Source: Nemertoderma westbladi (lineage: Eukaryota > Animalia > Xenacoelomorpha). Taken from it: a stretch of 64,000 nt of DNA. The stretch spans positions 1 through 64,000 of the forward strand of contig JAUCBJ010001208.1 of NCBI GenBank assembly GCA_032718475.1. Direction: 5' to 3'. Positions 48,276 to 59,312 of the stretch are shown in pieces (within the stretch, counting starts at the first letter, position 1; each line of letters opens with the position of its first letter). Position numbers and translations under genes: made by a program. The notes below the pieces were generated by a model, which saw only the letters and a list, made by a program, of their open reading frames with translations, was not told the origin of the DNA and did not search any database.

Positions 48276-48731
48276 ATGTTATCTACAGAGGACCTTGATA
48301 TGTTTCCAGTGGGTGGTCACTATTTGGGAGCGTTTCCAGCTAATAAATTACCTAAATTAGATAATAATAATAAGCGAAGAGATTATGGGTTAATAGTAAA
48401 TACCGATAAAGAGCATCTGCCCGGGATTCATTGGATCGCAATATATATACGAGATAATGAGGCTGAATTATTTGATTCATTTGGATCAAAATATCCAAAC
48501 AGATGCATCGAAAAATGGCTTGAGAAAAATTCCGCAAGATGGCGTACTACTCGCAAACAATTTCAAGACCCTAGGCGGACCACATGCGGTCTATACTGTC
48601 TTTATTATTTGGTAAATCGAATTCACACAAACTATCCAATGAGTGCGTTTACAAATAATGTGGAAATAAATGAAATAATATTATATAAATGGCTTATTAA
48701 TTATTATAAAATAAACCAACAAGCGTTGTAA
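48276..48731 (+). CDS. Adenain-like cysteine (maturation) protease
   Basis: IVNTD...PGIHWIAI, FDSFG, Q.....CGLYCLYYL. Confidence 0.92.
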   Translation: MLSTEDLDMFPVGGHYLGAFPANKLPKLDNNNKRRDYGLIVNTDKEHLPGIHWIAIYIRDNEAELFDSFGSKYPNRCIEKWLEKNSARWRTTRKQFQDPRRTTCGLYCLYYLVNRIHTNYPMSAFTNNVEINEIILYKWLINYYKINQQAL

Positions 48732-48762
48732 TTAATCATTTAGCTTTTGTTTATCAGATAAA

Positions 48763-49365
48763 ATGGATAATATTATTTTTGTTGATTTTCAATATTTTAA
48801 GATAGACAATAAAGAGTATCCGGTAGTATTTAAAGAATTTGCTATATTCGATTCTAATTACACCAAAACTAATGTAAAGACGTTTTTAATTAAAGGCCCA
48901 CCTAATATTAAGTTATCAGCTTTAGATGTAGCTCACGTAAACAATTTACGAGACATGACTTCTCATTTGCCCTGGGACTACGGTGACATTTCGCAAGATG
49001 ACTTTAAAAAATATATGAAGAGACATTTAAAATATAAAAAAAATATACATGTATTTGGGTTGCTGAAACGGGCAATATTAGTTTCCCAACTTGATGTTCT
49101 CGCACCAAATTCGGTGGAGAAATTGGGAATATATAAGCAATATCATGATTATTTAACCCCCTGTCGCTTCCACGATCAATTTACTACAGTAGAAAATAAA
49201 TGTGCGTTCCACTTAAACATAAAGGATAACTGTCTGCGATACTGCTCAGCAAAACGCATTGGGGGGTATGAGATGCTACACTTTTTCATGAGAAAGCGTT
49301 TAACTGCGACTGATGATGATAAACAGAAAGAAATAACTGCAGTGGAAGATGTACTCATACTGTAG
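48763..49365 (+). CDS. Maverick accessory protein, DEDD-exonuclease-like fold with C-terminal Cys/His cluster
   Basis: IIFVDFQ...FKEFAI, HLPWDYGD, CAFH...CSA; fold assignment from motif memory only. Confidence 0.55.
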   Translation: MDNIIFVDFQYFKIDNKEYPVVFKEFAIFDSNYTKTNVKTFLIKGPPNIKLSALDVAHVNNLRDMTSHLPWDYGDISQDDFKKYMKRHLKYKKNIHVFGLLKRAILVSQLDVLAPNSVEKLGIYKQYHDYLTPCRFHDQFTTVENKCAFHLNIKDNCLRYCSAKRIGGYEMLHFFMRKRLTATDDDKQKEITAVEDVLIL

Positions 49366-50502
49366 GTTTAACTGCGGTGGAAGATGTACTCTTACAGTAG
49401 GTTTACTCTAAGCTTGTAATGTGATGGGATAATATATTTGTTTTAATGTCAATAAAAAATAATAAAAACATTAAAATCTTTTTTTATATCGCTGTTTACA
49501 CTCACAAACACAACACACCTACCGGTAGCCCCCTGTTGTATCAGAGTTTAACTACCAGTAGCTAGCTGACTTTACACATACAGACATATAGAATGGCGGA
49601 ATGGCGCCCTTCTAGACTGACAGCAACCACAAGGCTTTAGCACAAGGCTTACTAAATAATAAAATTAAATTAACTCAACATGGAGGGTTCGTGAATGCCG
49701 CATTAGAGAGGCCCACCTAACAATAGGCCTACTGGTACCGAGGGCCCTGTAGCCCTCTTCCAACCGTATACCAGTACTTGAGGATAGAGCAAGAGCATAC
49801 CGGTTTCTTTGATTTAAGGATTACACTATTACACTTGAATGCTTCCAATTTTCTGTTTACAACTTTAATTGGTCTAATCTACATTACTGCGGGCGGGCTA
49901 CTACTGTCGCATAGGTAAGCCTATACAGCTATTGTTAACTTTATGCGGGGCCCTTTTTCACATGTTGACCCAATATGGTTTATGGTTAACCTTTAGTACT
50001 CGTGGATAGGTAAGGTGCACTTTCATTCGGTTAGGCATATAGGCCTAATGACTTACTCCTCAACTGAAAGTTGACTAGCTCATTGATACAATAGGTGTGG
50101 TTAGGTACCGGTAGCGCTATAGGTCCTATAAAATCCCCTCGCACTCTCTGTTACTAACTTTCTACATTCACTCTATGTTGTATGCTTCTTTACAGTTAAC
50201 CTTTAGAACTCTTGGTTAGGGGCGCCATCATTCAACCAGTCATATAATGGTTCCACTCGGATACAATAGGTGTGGCTCGCAGTATACCTAACTAAGCCTA
50301 TATAAAATCCACCCCATTCTCTGTTACTAACATTCACTCTATGTTGACGGGGGGACTATATAAAACATAGTTAATTTATTTATGTATTCGCTTTTTTTAA
50401 ATTATATATAAAATAGATTCGGTCTACTAAGTTTTATAAGCAACAATAACTGATAACAATAACAACAACAACAACACTAAATTTATTACTGTATTATACT
50501 TT

Positions 50503-50919
50503 TTATAGTCCTATATGTGGGTCCCTCTGTAGAGTTTCCTCCATTACCGGTACCTGTAAATGGTTGTTTATAGGCCTAACTTCTACCGGTCTTTGTGTTG
50601 GTATATTGAAGTGAAGCGTATCATCAACATCATTCTCCCAATTTTCACTAGAGGGTGAGCTTCCCGATATTTGCGGTTGTATCTTTATAACAAGCGAGAA
50701 ATCTTTTGAAATTTCAACCTTTGTAGGCGATAAAGGTAGACCATCTACTTGACCTACTCCATATTCTACCGAAGTAAACCCAATCTCAAATTTGTGGTTT
50801 ATATATCGCAACTCCATCTCAGCAATATTGGATGCTGAGAGATATGTTTCGTCGCTTGATTGCAATTCGATTTTGATACAACTTTTCAACTCACGGTTAT
50901 TGAAAAAGGCGAATGTCAT
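50503..50919 (-). CDS. Hypothetical Maverick protein
   Basis: 138-aa ORF in the minus-strand cassette followed by AATAAA; no recognised motif. Confidence 0.45.
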   Translation of the reverse strand: MTFAFFNNRELKSCIKIELQSSDETYLSASNIAEMELRYINHKFEIGFTSVEYGVGQVDGLPLSPTKVEISKDFSLVIKIQPQISGSSPSSENWENDVDDTLHFNIPTQRPVEVRPINNHLQVPVMEETLQRDPHIGL

Positions 50920-51602
50920 CTTCGAGTCGAGGTAAGTTGTCGTCGTCGTCGTAACTAGGTACCGGTAAGAATATCTTTAAATTGAATAGGTAGGCCTACT
51001 GATATTTTTTTCTTCTTTTGTTTAACAAAATTATAGTTCACTGTCAGAAAAATTGAGTTTATATATATTTTTGTAGAGGGTCGCAGAGGTGTACATTACA
51101 AAATTCTCATAGTTAACAAAATGCACAACATAAACCTTTCCCAGGCGGATTAGCGATATATGCTCTGTTCGTTGTTCTATTCTGAATGTAGGGAGATGCA
51201 TAGCCGATGTTTTAATGATATGTACCGGTATACAGACTAGTAACAGATAGGAGGGCATCGTCTTTGACTATGAATGCCAGCACATAGCCCTAATCTTTTC
51301 TCACTGAGCTTAGCGTTGCCCGCCGCACTCACGCACACTCATAAGTAACAGATGCGCTATTGTAACTCACTCGTGAGCAACAATGCCAAGTTAGCTAGCT
51401 AGCTACAGCCCCTGAGTATACTATGCCTACTTGTGTGTTACAAGCAGCAATCGCTCTACCGAAGTTAATTTCCCCTCAAACTAGTTGTTGATTTAAAAAA
51501 AAAAATATTCATAATTTTTTTCCAACCAATTTAATATATATATATTTTACAGTAAAAATCTCCACCACCAAACAGCAACAACAACAATAAATTTCACTCA
51601 CA

Positions 51603-52154
51603 CTAATTATATTTTACAACAAAAACCCTCGCACCAAACAATAATAAATTATTAACCAGTTTGTTGAATATAGGGTAATATATATGAAATTTAAACGGGG
51701 AACACATTAATGTACATTTACCGGTGTAGAAGCAGCAAACAACAACATTATTATTTATTCTGACTTTACAGTTATTGAATATTTCAGGTTCATATATAAC
51801 TTGAAGTTGCACATTATCAAAGACAACATAAAACCCGGTATTGTTTATCAATAACCTATAGACTACAGACTTAATACTAAAAATATAAGTACATAAATTA
51901 ACAGATTTTAAAATCAAATTAATACTAGTTTTATCAAATATATGCTTTTTTACTTTTTGGAAATTATACTTACTGCCTAATAATGTAATACGACCATTTT
52001 TAAATATTAATAATGTAGCACCAAATATCTTATATATAAACTGATTTGGTTTGAATATGTGTTTACCAGATAATTGATTTTTTAATTCTTTAAAATTAAT
52101 CGCTAACACTTGCTGGCAACTTATATTTTTATTTACAATTTGATAATTCATCAT
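51603..52154 (-). CDS. TATA-binding-protein (TBP)-like protein, ~183 aa
   Basis: Two TBP repeats: QIVNKNISC..INFKEL...FKPNQFIYK..ATLLIFKNGRITLLGSK and IYEPEIF...VVCCFYTGKCTLM; probable ATG at 52154 overlapping the polB 3' end. Confidence 0.75.
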   Translation of the reverse strand: MMNYQIVNKNISCQQVLAINFKELKNQLSGKHIFKPNQFIYKIFGATLLIFKNGRITLLGSKYNFQKVKKHIFDKTSINLILKSVNLCTYIFSIKSVVYRLLINNTGFYVVFDNVQLQVIYEPEIFNNCKVRINNNVVVCCFYTGKCTLMCSPFKFHIYYPIFNKLVNNLLLFGARVFVVKYN

Positions 52155-55100
52155 CAACACTGTCGTCTTTTGGTTCTTCATAAATTGGTATATTTGATAT
52201 TTGTATAGGTTTTTTGAGGTTTGTTTTATAGTGCCCCCAAGGAAGCGAATGATTTTTATTAACCCAATAAAGTTTATCGTCAAAGCTACTGAGTGCAAAT
52301 TTATTTCTCTTTAAGGTATAAATACGATGTAATTTAGATTGAAATCTGTGTATGTTTTTTTTTATTTCTTCATTTGAGTTATATGCTTTTAAATATTCTT
52401 CATATATTCGTTTCCACAACAGCTCTTGTAATACCTTTTGCTCTACGAATATTTTTGTTATTCCATTCCAAAATTGAATATAATTTTGGTCTTAAAAATA
52501 CTGCTTGTTTAATTTCACGTGAGGCTAGCTCGTCTTTACAGTAATAGAGTTGGGATTTATTTTTATCACTGTAATGAGGGTGATCCTTAGGGTAATTGGA
52601 AGTATCTAAAATATTATTTTTAATTAATGCTTTTAAAAAATTATTCTGTGATGTATTATAATAACAACCTATTAAAGAGTCAGTGTCTGATGCAGCAATT
52701 TCAATACGACAGTTTAATTCTTTCTCAATAGGTAGCAATTTATTGTAAAACAGCTCATACATATCCAATTTAGCCAAGTCCAACACAGCGCTACCAATAA
52801 ATATAGGCTTATCGAGAGTTACAGAGTCTTTCACTAATAAATGTCCCGATAATGTATTATTGTATATTATAAATTGTTCATGATTAATACGATTTACCAA
52901 TTGATCGCATTTATCGTTGCTATTTGCGATACGAAAGTCACATCGATCTCTTATCTTTTCTATTGATTTGCCAAACAGTGAATTATTGAGCAATTTCGCG
53001 ACAGCAGTTTCAATGTAACTTTTTGCTAGGCGCCTTTGATTAATATTAAAATCTATGTAGGGTTTAAATACAAATTCTTGTTGAAAAGAATATAATTTAT
53101 GTAGTTTAGTAACAATTAATCCATGTTTTATATAAAATTTTAACAGTTTCAAATGTAAATGATAAAACTCTTTATCAAATTGCGTCAGCAAGAGTTTTGG
53201 TGTAGACATCCTATATTTACGGGAGGTACCTCTTTGTATCGATAAATTATTAAATTGTTCCCTCATATAAGGTGAAAGCATTGATTCATTTATACTTAAA
53301 TGCTCTGGGGCTAACGGTAATTGTAATGTTTGATCGTGAATAGCTTTAGGATAATTTAAATCACATATTAAAAAATATCCAGTAGATCCATCAATGTCTA
53401 AATCTACCAAGTACTCGATTAGTTTTTCTGGAATTGCATTCTCTAAATGTTTAATACTTACTTCTTTGAATTGCGAGGTGGGTAGTTTTTTACTTAAATT
53501 CCCTGAATATAAAGAGTTGAAATCAATATTAAATATATGGCATTCTTCCTTAGTAGAATCATATGTACTTGTTCCTGGTATATTTGATTCTATATAATGC
53601 TTTCGACAAAATGAAACACCACCCCTAATTGATTTTTCAAAATCTCTATATGTCTGATAATCCTTTATTAATTCTATTTTACATTTATTATATTTTAGTG
53701 CGCAATCATAGGTAAATGACGCGATACTACAGTAAAAAACCACTTCTAAATCGTAATTTTGTTTACAAACATTCCTAAAATTCTCAAATATATCAGCAAG
53801 CAAACAAACATCGAGTTTTAAATAGGCTAAAAGATAATCTTTGAGATTCACACAGTCGAATTCAACCCATGATAATTCCGCAAACCTATAATCTTCAATT
53901 GTACATGTTTTTTGACTTAAGTTACTAAAAAAATTATTTATAAATGGTAAACTAGTATCATTAAATTTATTAATATCTGTCAAGTACTCGTATGGAAATA
54001 CTCCTTTCCGTTTAATTGTTGAGTTATTCAAGTTTGGATAAAAATATTTCATTTCTTGTAGAGTAATAGGTAAAATTGAGCTTATATCATGACTCGCTAC
54101 ATCCTTTGTTGAACACTCAACTAAATTACTTAAAGAAAAGCTTAAAAATTGATATGTGTCCAAGAAACGTAACTCAATTTTTTTAGAAGTGTTTTTAATT
54201 GGGATAAATGCATTCAGTGAAATATATCGTTCTGTATTTCTCGGTATAACCTTTATATCCCAATCTGTGTATTTCTTATCTCTAAATCCGGTTTGTAATA
54301 TACAATGTATATCGTAGTTGTTGGAATTGTGCCCGCAAAGTATATACAGGTATCGTTTCAATGATAAACTTCGGTTACAACTATTATAGGCTGCCGCAAT
54401 ATATTTACCTATAATATGTGAATGATGTCTGTTTTTCCCAACATTATTATTTAAAGTAACATTACAATAGAAACAGAATTTTGCTTGTTCAAAATTTACA
54501 AAATCAATATTAGTAAATGACATGGTTTTATGAGTATATATGTCTGACCAACAACATAATTCAGTTAAATCAGTATATAATGAATCTAAGAAATCTTGAA
54601 TACAATTATTATTATTATTTGTCTTTACAAATGTTTTCAAATGACATTTTGGTGGGTCAATTAATTCAGTATTGGGAACAATTAAATAACTCACAACACA
54701 CGGTATATGCTCCTGTATAAATTGATTATTAACTGAAGGTTGTAAGATACATTCTATATCAAAGTAGGTGACAAACAATGGGGATAAGGTTCTATCTAAA
54801 TTTGTAAAACTAATGTGTGTTCTTTTTTTATTAGGTAGTTTCTCGCGTTGACTTCTTCCTTGGTAGCATACAAGACGGTGTCGATGAAGAACTTCCGCTC
54901 GAAAAAAATGAGCCAAGCACCTTTCACAAAATTGCCTACCTCGAGTATGAAGAGCTCTCGTATTCAGCAATCGATTCAAGTTAGTTATGCAAACATAATG
55001 ATTCAGTTTAGGTACATTGTTATTTTTTACTACAAGTAATATATTTAATAACTGTTTATCAGGTGTAATTTTACTAAACGGAGGTTGTCTTAATATAGAT

Positions 55101-56189
55101 AGATACAGGAGTGTGTTTGTTGTCGTTATTCCAACATAGTAAATTAATTATATATTTTGAATTTTGTTTTTCAAAAAGTTTAATCGCTAACTGCCACTCT
55201 GTTGGATAATCTTTGTTCCCATTGTCAAAAATGAAATGACTCATATAATTTTTGTACAATGAAGTATGGTTTTTGTTGTTTTTCACTTTGCTACCAAATT
55301 TTGCGGATATAATAGCCCATTTGAAACAATCATTATCAGCTGTTTGTATATTTATTGTACATTTTTTAGCTGATAAAGCCTTAGGTAATTCCATATATCC
55401 ATGCCCCTTATATAGTAACGACCTACACTTAGATTCAGCTAATTTAATTTCAACCCTTAATAAAGATTTAATACGCCACCCCGAACCACGTGTGTTAAAG
55501 ATGGCTATTTTTTGTAATATATTTCCCAGCACATACTCAAACCATGTGTCAAAACTTTGCGGTGAATCTACAGTATTAATAGCACCACCGGAAGAATTAA
55601 AATAAAAGGTTTCCAATTGCTTGCCTTCTGAAAAATGTGATCTGTACATTAATACATTTAAACCTAACCACAGTCTAAGAACATTCATTTCTTTCAATCT
55701 ATCTAATATTAACTGAAGAATATTACCTCGAATTTGTGCTAATGCTGTTTCTACATCGGGATAATCTCTAGAAGTTGGGAGGTCGTGGACATAAATTTCA
55801 AGACGATTATCGTGAGCTTCTTGTTCCCGCGTAAAAATTGTTGCGCATGTACCAAGAGCCACCCTTAAGTTTTTTCTGGATATTATATTTTTATGTTGCG
55901 GAAATTTACGCTTTCTTGTGTAGTAACATTTCAAGTGACAGTCGTGTCATATATAATTCTCATATGTATACTCTTTATTACAGGTAGAACAAGTCAATTG
56001 ATAGGTGCGGAACTCCATTTCTTTACAACCAGTAGTTGATTCATGTCGTTTACAAATTTCGCTGCATGAAGTCACGACATGACACTTAAAACAAGAATAA
56101 CCTTCAAAATGTGACTGTAGGTGGCGTAAGTAATTATGTCTAGTTACATTCATATGACAGAATGAACAACATATTGTTATTTTATCCAT
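52129..56189 (-). pseudogene. polB: Protein-primed family B DNA polymerase (pPolB) with N-terminal C2H2 fingers and endonuclease-VII-like insert; disrupted by one stop and two frameshifts
   Basis: YFDIEC, GHNSNNYD, RFLDTYQF, RKGVFPYEY, YLKLDV, IDFNSLY, KLLNNSLFGK, SDTDS, LRPKLYS, RAKGI, LSSFDDK; fragments 55947-56189, 55074-55934, 52400-54979 and 52129-52419. Confidence 0.93.
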
Positions 56190-56381
56190 ATTGAAGTTTG
56201 TTTAGATAAATAATAATAATAATAATAATAATAAAGTATGTCCAAAGATTAAAATAAAATGAAATGATACGATATTGACTATATCTAAACATTTATATGA
56301 TAGCGAGGGAAATAATTTTAAACCAATCACCAATCGCTTATGACTATTGGAAACCGCAAAGAGTTTAACTTATGATTAGGT

Positions 56382-57443
56382 TTACATATTAGGATAATAA
56401 TAAGGTTTCCATGGAGAATTAGTAACAGGCTCTACTAGAACTGGGTTACTGACAACTTTATGTTTCTTTGCAGGTGATGCGTTGGTAAATTTACTCGATG
56501 ATCTTGGCTTCCGAGGTAATATTTCAGGAAAGACCTGTTGCGGTTGAGAGCAACTCTCTTCAACATCCGGATTAGGTGATGGGATCTCTACGAATGCTTT
56601 AGGTTTATCCAAAAGGACAAAACCGTCAACATGGGCTTCAGTAAGAGAAACGCCATCCATCGATTCTTTGAGAAAACTAATATGGGCTTTATCATTCAAG
56701 TAATGCAACTCAATAGAATTTCCGCCGGCACCTACTTCAGTAGAATTATCGGTGTTGGTGATAATAATTTTTTTATTATTGGTTTTAATCATTTTGAGCC
56801 GGTCTGATAATTGAATGATATTTTTATCAAAAAGATGCTTGTCTGTTTCATCGACTTGGTTGTCCCACTCTCGCAACAAAACGGTTAGTTCCTGTTTTGA
56901 CAAATTGAAACCCGTATAATAGTTAAAACCAACACTATCAGCGTATCTGAGGCTGATTTTCCATAAGCCAACATAGTTGGTTCCTTTAAAAGCTGTTACA
57001 AATCCAATAAACTCTGGATTTGATAATTCAATGTAGAATTGATCGCTAATAATCTCTAGCGGTGGAGAGATTAATTGCAATAATTTCCCTCTGTATTGAA
57101 TTAGAACTTCAGTAAAAGCTTTGTGAACTTTGCATTTGCCTTGTTTCTGAACGTAAACATCACCCGATGTGGGGTTGATGGAAATATTCAAATTTCCCCG
57201 CGCAAAACGAAGAGTTGGATATATCCTACCTGGTATAATTGCTGGTCTGGATTGATGTTGGTTGTTGTTGGTTGTTTCTAGAATGTCTAACAAATAGCGG
57301 GTATCTTGATGGGAAAAACAAATTGATTCGTTGTCCTCCTGAGATTCCACAATAAAATACTTGCTGTGTACGACGGTACAAGTATATTTATTGTAAGTAA
57401 ATTTCCAGCTATTTGTTGCTCCGGTTTTTTGCGTTAAGGCCAT
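56382..57443 (-). CDS. PC4/Sub1-like ssDNA-binding protein
   Basis: FVTAFKGTNYVGLW...TGFNLSKQEL resembles the PC4 V..FKG...V.IR...GI.L...Q pattern; basic NLS-like PAKKHK in the tail. Confidence 0.55.
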   Translation of the reverse strand: MALTQKTGATNSWKFTYNKYTCTVVHSKYFIVESQEDNESICFSHQDTRYLLDILETTNNNQHQSRPAIIPGRIYPTLRFARGNLNISINPTSGDVYVQKQGKCKVHKAFTEVLIQYRGKLLQLISPPLEIISDQFYIELSNPEFIGFVTAFKGTNYVGLWKISLRYADSVGFNYYTGFNLSKQELTVLLREWDNQVDETDKHLFDKNIIQLSDRLKMIKTNNKKIIITNTDNSTEVGAGGNSIELHYLNDKAHISFLKESMDGVSLTEAHVDGFVLLDKPKAFVEIPSPNPDVEESCSQPQQVFPEILPRKPRSSSKFTNASPAKKHKVVSNPVLVEPVTNSPWKPYYYPNM

Positions 57444-57497
57444 AATAATAATAAATACGAAAAATATTACAAGTGATAAATTTTAAACCGTATCGCT

Positions 57498-57919
57498 GTA
57501 ATAAATTGACACCATAGTTCTCACTCTAAAATTGTGTTGGTCGGAAGACGAGACCAAAGAAAAATGATGCTGAGTTCGACATTAGGTATCGACCAAAAAA
57601 CAAAAATTGAGCTACTAATAAACTATTTAACAAAAATCTTGATCTTAATTTGCGATTTGAAATATCCCAAAGATATTCATGATCGTACATTAGAACTACC
57701 CTTAGCCCCGTCAGTATCAAGATTTGTTAAATAGTTTAAATAGTAGCTCAGATTTTCGTTTTTAGGTCGATACCCAATGCTGGAATCAGTATCATTTTAT
57801 GAGGTGTCGTTTTCCGACCAACGAATATACAACGAATAAGATAATGTAGAAATTATTAAGGAAATAACACAATTTCAGAGTGAGAACAAAAAAAATTAGA
57901 TATGGTATCAATATATTAC
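57498..57919. other. Long imperfect inverted repeat (hairpin) containing polB-derived sequence, flanked by 22-bp direct repeats
   Basis: Arms 57498-57643 and 57716-57919; loop encodes LICDLKYPKDIHDRTLELPLAP; direct repeats ATTACAAGTGAT(A/G)AATTTTAAA at 57466 and 57927. Confidence 0.85.
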
Positions 57920-59312
57920 CATGAAGATTACAAGTGATGAATTTTAAATAAAAACATTCAGTTATATAAGTTTCTGAATACGTGATGTGGCATAGTCAAC
58001 GTAGAAGAGATGGGATGTGGCATAATGGACGAATAAGAAAAGAGATGGGTTGCAATGTGGATAGGAAATACGTGAAAGAATATGAATCATAGGGTTGTGT
58101 GTAATAATAATCAATAATTATAATAAAAACGCACAGTATAATGTTAGTAGTAGTAGTAGCCTTTCAATATGGCAAAGATGCTGCGGGATCGGTTAGCTTG
58201 AGTAACTACTATGGAAATGCTCGTATACGTGTAGTTGACACGAGGCGGAATTTCATGCACATGTATCATACTGAGTGGTTGGTTTGTTGGTTTGGCGACG
58301 GCTGTCGTGGAGTTGGCAATCGATATAATATAATATATGCGCGATGCGAGTAGTTGGTGGCCACGTCGTCGTTGTCACCATCATATACAGTATACAGCGG
58401 TGGTGGTGGTGGTGATGGTGACGTGGTGAAAAGGTGAATAACATTAGGGTTAGTAGTTAGTTAGTCAGTCAGTAAGGCGGGCATCCGCGAGGTTAGGCTA
58501 CGCTACGCTACGATTGGTTGATGGCAACTGCCGATCGATGGATGGTGGTGACAGATGTGGCGCGCACCGCAATTTAGCACCGGAATTTGGCATTTTTTAA
58601 TAGCCCTCCGAATGGAATGTGCATAGCCCAGGCTTAGGGAGGACTTTGTTGGGGGCCATGCTTTATCTACTACTAATGGGAAACTACTTTGGAGGAATAT
58701 GAAATATCAAGGTGGTCAACAAAGTAAAATTGTTTATTGTCCATCAAATGAAACATTTGCCACTTTAGGTTGGCCTTTTACAGTTATCTATATAATGGAT
58801 TTTATAACTGGAGAAATCATTAATAAAATTATGAATGAGATGACCACATATGACATTACTACAGTACTATTGCTTGCTTTTCAAATAATCACCATCATAA
58901 TTGGTAAGTTGCATAATAATAATTTGAAAATCGTTAGGACTGTACTTATTGCTGTAAAGAAAATCGTCTGTTTGTTTGATTGTCTGTGTGTATGTGAACG
59001 TTATTATTGGAATGGAAGGGATCATGCTCTACTTGGTGAAGGGTCAAGTATACTATAACTATATACTACAAGTGATACTATAACTCTGTCAAACTGTCCT
59101 TCTTATGTGCTGAAAGTCTTCTAATAGCCAGCTTGCTGACACTGATGACATCTAGTTCTATAAATAGTCACATATTGTAATGCCTCAAAACACATTGGCT
59201 GAGGCATTACATGAGGTCTCCTCCCTACTTATTGCTAGTAGGGTGGAGCCCTACTATTTAATTTTAGAAATTCAAATATAACAAGTCAGGAAAAATATCC
59301 TCTCCTAATTAA

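Larger units (their letters stand above)
43640..58674. mobile_element. Maverick/Polinton (adintovirus-like endogenous element), left-truncated, no packaging ATPase seen
   Basis: Co-located retroviral-type integrase, capsid genes, adenain protease and pPolB with an endonuclease-VII-like insert; candidate right terminus ...TCTACTACT at 58674 after a GC-rich stretch; no matching left TIR found. Confidence 0.93.

Noticed and set aside
58699-59058. 119-aa ORF right of the Maverick terminus
   Set aside because: No recognisable motif and outside the inferred element end.
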